DNA of 64,000 bases. Source: Eledone cirrhosa (Eukaryota). The notes under the pieces are model-generated. The model saw only the letters and a list, made by a program, of their open reading frames with translations. It was not told the DNA's origin and did no database searches. Of the stretch, positions 61,649 to 64,000 are shown piece by piece. Each line of letters begins with the position of its first letter. Within the stretch, counting starts at the first letter, position 1. The position numbers and the translations under genes were made by a program. Location: the NCBI GenBank assembly GCA_964016885.1, contig OZ024741.1, forward strand, positions 157,790,001 through 157,854,000, in the 5' to 3' direction.

Positions 61649-64000
61649 TTAAGCAAAACAAGACCACAAATTTCACAAGGAAGACATTATTAAAAGATTG
61701 TCAACATATTTTAGTTTGATGTAAGGAATGTAGAGAATAATAATAATAATATTAATAATAATAATGTCCATTTACAATTGTTTCGCTACTCCATATAATA
61801 TTTCTGGATCAAATGATTATATATCATTATTGATCTGGTTCAGTTGAAAATAATTAACATAGGTAAAGATAGAGCAGCTCATGGAAACTTCAAAAGGAAT
61901 ATAAATTAAAATAAGGAAAGAATGTTACATAAATCTAATCTTCCATATATTGGTATTTCACTATAGTGTCCTGGGTATATCAATTGTCTGCCATAGTCGA
62001 GCAGTATTCTTCTGTCGAGGCTGCATTGTGTGAGATCTGCCTATGGGTAACAAGATAGCCGCCAATGGACATATTTACCTTACTAATTAGAGGGCGGTTT
62101 CAGGGGAAGTAACTCCTTGAGAGATTAGAAATTGTGGGTAGTTTATAGTTAAGTGCTAATTTTTTAATTTTTTAATTGAGACAATGTAAGGGAGGTAACT
62201 TATAATTATCTAAGTTAGTTATAGCTATTTAACTTATTAGCTACAAGTAAAAATGGGGCTAGATGACTGTTGGGTCAAATATTCTGTTGGCGAAAGGAAT
62301 TAGCCCTTCGATGTTGACAGCTAATAGTTACCTCCGTTCTATCGTTAATCGGTAGAGGTCATGATAGTTATGTAATATGCTTCGGTAAGACAGAGGTCAC
62401 AAGATTTTCTTCGTCTCTTGAACGGTTGGGCCCTAGCCAAGATATCCCATGTTAGTGAGTGTTCAATGTTGGTTAATTTAAGGTTTTTAATGAGCCTAGC
62501 TAGAGATGTCGAACATCTGTTGTTAGGGTCTCGGAAGGAAAAAGAATGCGCGTTATAGCGTACCTTAAAAGGGTTAGAGGTAGACCGGATATAGGAGCTG
62601 GTATGTGAAGCAGTTTTAACCGTGCACCTATAGACTATGTTGGGTGTCAGGCAATGTCCATTTAGTGGGCATGCATTGGGGTAACGGCATTTGCAGTTAC
62701 TTCTGCGGTTAGTGAGAGTAGGGTTGTTTAACCTAAGCAGTTGGTCAGTGTTAGAAGGATTAGATGGGGGAGGTGTGCTACTAGAGTAAGTATTGGTGTA
62801 TTTGATGTGGGTGGTGGTACCGCGGTGTGGGAGTTATACTGTCTTAGTTTATGATGGTTACTGAATGCGATGTGGATAGCTAGGTTAGGTGTTGTGGAGA
62901 ATGTTATTTTTATTAAAGAGTTTGTAATATCTATGGTTGGGGGGAAAATGTTTAGATAGGATAGAGAAGAAGCGTTTAGGGATATTAGTGGCTAGATTAG
63001 ATGAGAATGGAGGGTTAAGCCAGGTGATATTTCTAGGCCTATTCCTTCTAGGGGTTTTAGTGGAGTTGGTAGGGGCCTTCATAGGGTTATTATTACCTGG
63101 GCATTTGTTATTTGTCATCCCATTGCTCATTCCTATTCTAGGGTTGATTTTTAGTTTGCTACTTGGAGTGGGAGGGAGGCCACTGCCACCATTAAGGTTC
63201 CCTGTATAAGTGCTGTTACTGCTAAAATTCTGGCGAATCTGGCTATATGCTAAGGTATTTCTAGTTCTCGTGTTACGTTTATTATGGTTGTGGTGAATTG
63301 CTGCTGTGTTATGGCATTTAGGTATGTAGTAAATGGACTGTTCATAACCAGATTCAGAAAGAGCCTTATTATAATATGCTGCATCATTTATAAATATCTC
63401 CTCATTTGCTGATAGCATGGAGATCCTATACGAGATAGATTTGGTTACTGTTCTGATGGCTGCCGGTGGGTGGTTAGAGTATGGGCTAATATATGTAAGT
63501 ATTTCACCTGGTTTATGGTAAGGGTAATCAGGGTAACGTCTAGGAAGTTTACTACTTTATGGTTCGGCTCGATGGTGATAGAGAGACCGTTATTTTTAAA
63601 GAATCTATGTAATTTTTTTTGAGCAAGTCAATGCCTCGATTAGTGCAATTGTGGACTGCAAATAGGGCGTCGTCCCTGTATATTCCGCCTTGCAAGGGTT
63701 GGATTTCGGCTCTGATGTTATGTAATAGGTAAATTCCAACTAAATCGGTGATTTGCGCAGAGTCTCTTGAGCCCATCGTGATGTCAAAGTTGTCTGTTCT
63801 GTCTTTTCTAGTCCAGAGTGCTCCGTTGAATTCAATGATGGTCTGCCTAGCCATAAGTATGATGTCAATCTCATTATTGGTTATGTCAGAGTTGGTGCTG
63901 GCTAGAGTTAATGCTTTGTTGAGCAGTTCCGTGGTTATTGAAGCGTAATAGCTGTCAATGTCAAATTGGATGAACCTCATAGATTCCAATCTTTTAATAA
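61645..64000 (-). mobile_element. Penelope-like retroelement (RT plus GIY-YIG), frameshifted and 5'-truncated; probably Naiad-like
   Basis: RT: QFDIDSYY..FDITMGS.D..ITDLVGIYLL..GIYRDD. Linker: WLNPPFS.N..TNI..HFP. EN: CKC..CPLNGHCL..NIVY..YIRST..FKVRY..H..SF..WDI..CDLC. The clade assignment rests on recalled motifs only. Confidence 0.88.
61770..61888 (-). ncRNA. Hammerhead-like motif at the PLE 3' end (variant or degenerate core)
   Basis: Minus strand reads UUU-CCAUGA-GCUGCUCUAU...AUGGAGUAGC-GAAAC-AAUU-GUA: a 10-bp stem II and palindromic stem III, with a core lacking the G of CUGA. Confidence 0.45.

Noticed and set aside
62270-62700. Selenocysteine-encoding PLE (reported for some Naiad elements)
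   Set aside because: The conserved Cys positions I could read are TGC/TGT, and the interruptions are frameshifts or TAA rather than in-frame TGA.
52455-64000. SH3E or DH-PH-C2 exons of intersectin
   Set aside because: I found no SH3-like or GEF-like exon by eye. The region is almost entirely transposon-derived, so the next exon probably lies beyond the window.

Overview
Eukaryotic, AT-rich, repeat-dense genomic DNA. The SINE/LINE content and (AT)n load resemble an Octopus/coleoid cephalopod genome, but that assignment is an inference. One host gene is visible: the middle part of an intersectin gene (ITSN1/Dap160 family) on the + strand. I rebuilt it by hand as a phase-consistent chain of GT-AG exons from 2232 to 52454. 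It covers the end of the coiled coil, a low-complexity linker, SH3A-SH3D and the linker towards SH3E. The EH-domain exons and SH3E lie outside the window. The chain includes two frame-obligatory microexons (26 and 28 nt), three frame-neutral candidate cassette exons (30, 84 and 201 nt; the last has a PxIxIT-like motif) and a speculative alternative last exon ending in -FSEV*. The introns hold many transposons: hAT/Buster, Tc1, Merlin, pogo/Tigger and piggyBac-type MITEs; RTE, CR1/Jockey, HERO-like and CRE-like non-LTR elements; Penelope-like elements with degenerate hammerhead-ribozyme motifs; and several tRNA-derived SINEs with clear TSDs. The main oddities are a 347-bp target-site-like duplication around an RTE copy, a PHD finger inside the RTE reverse transcriptase, (AT)n-centred fold-back palindromes and transposon-associated minisatellites. 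All calls come from reading the sequence by eye; no searches or computations were run.
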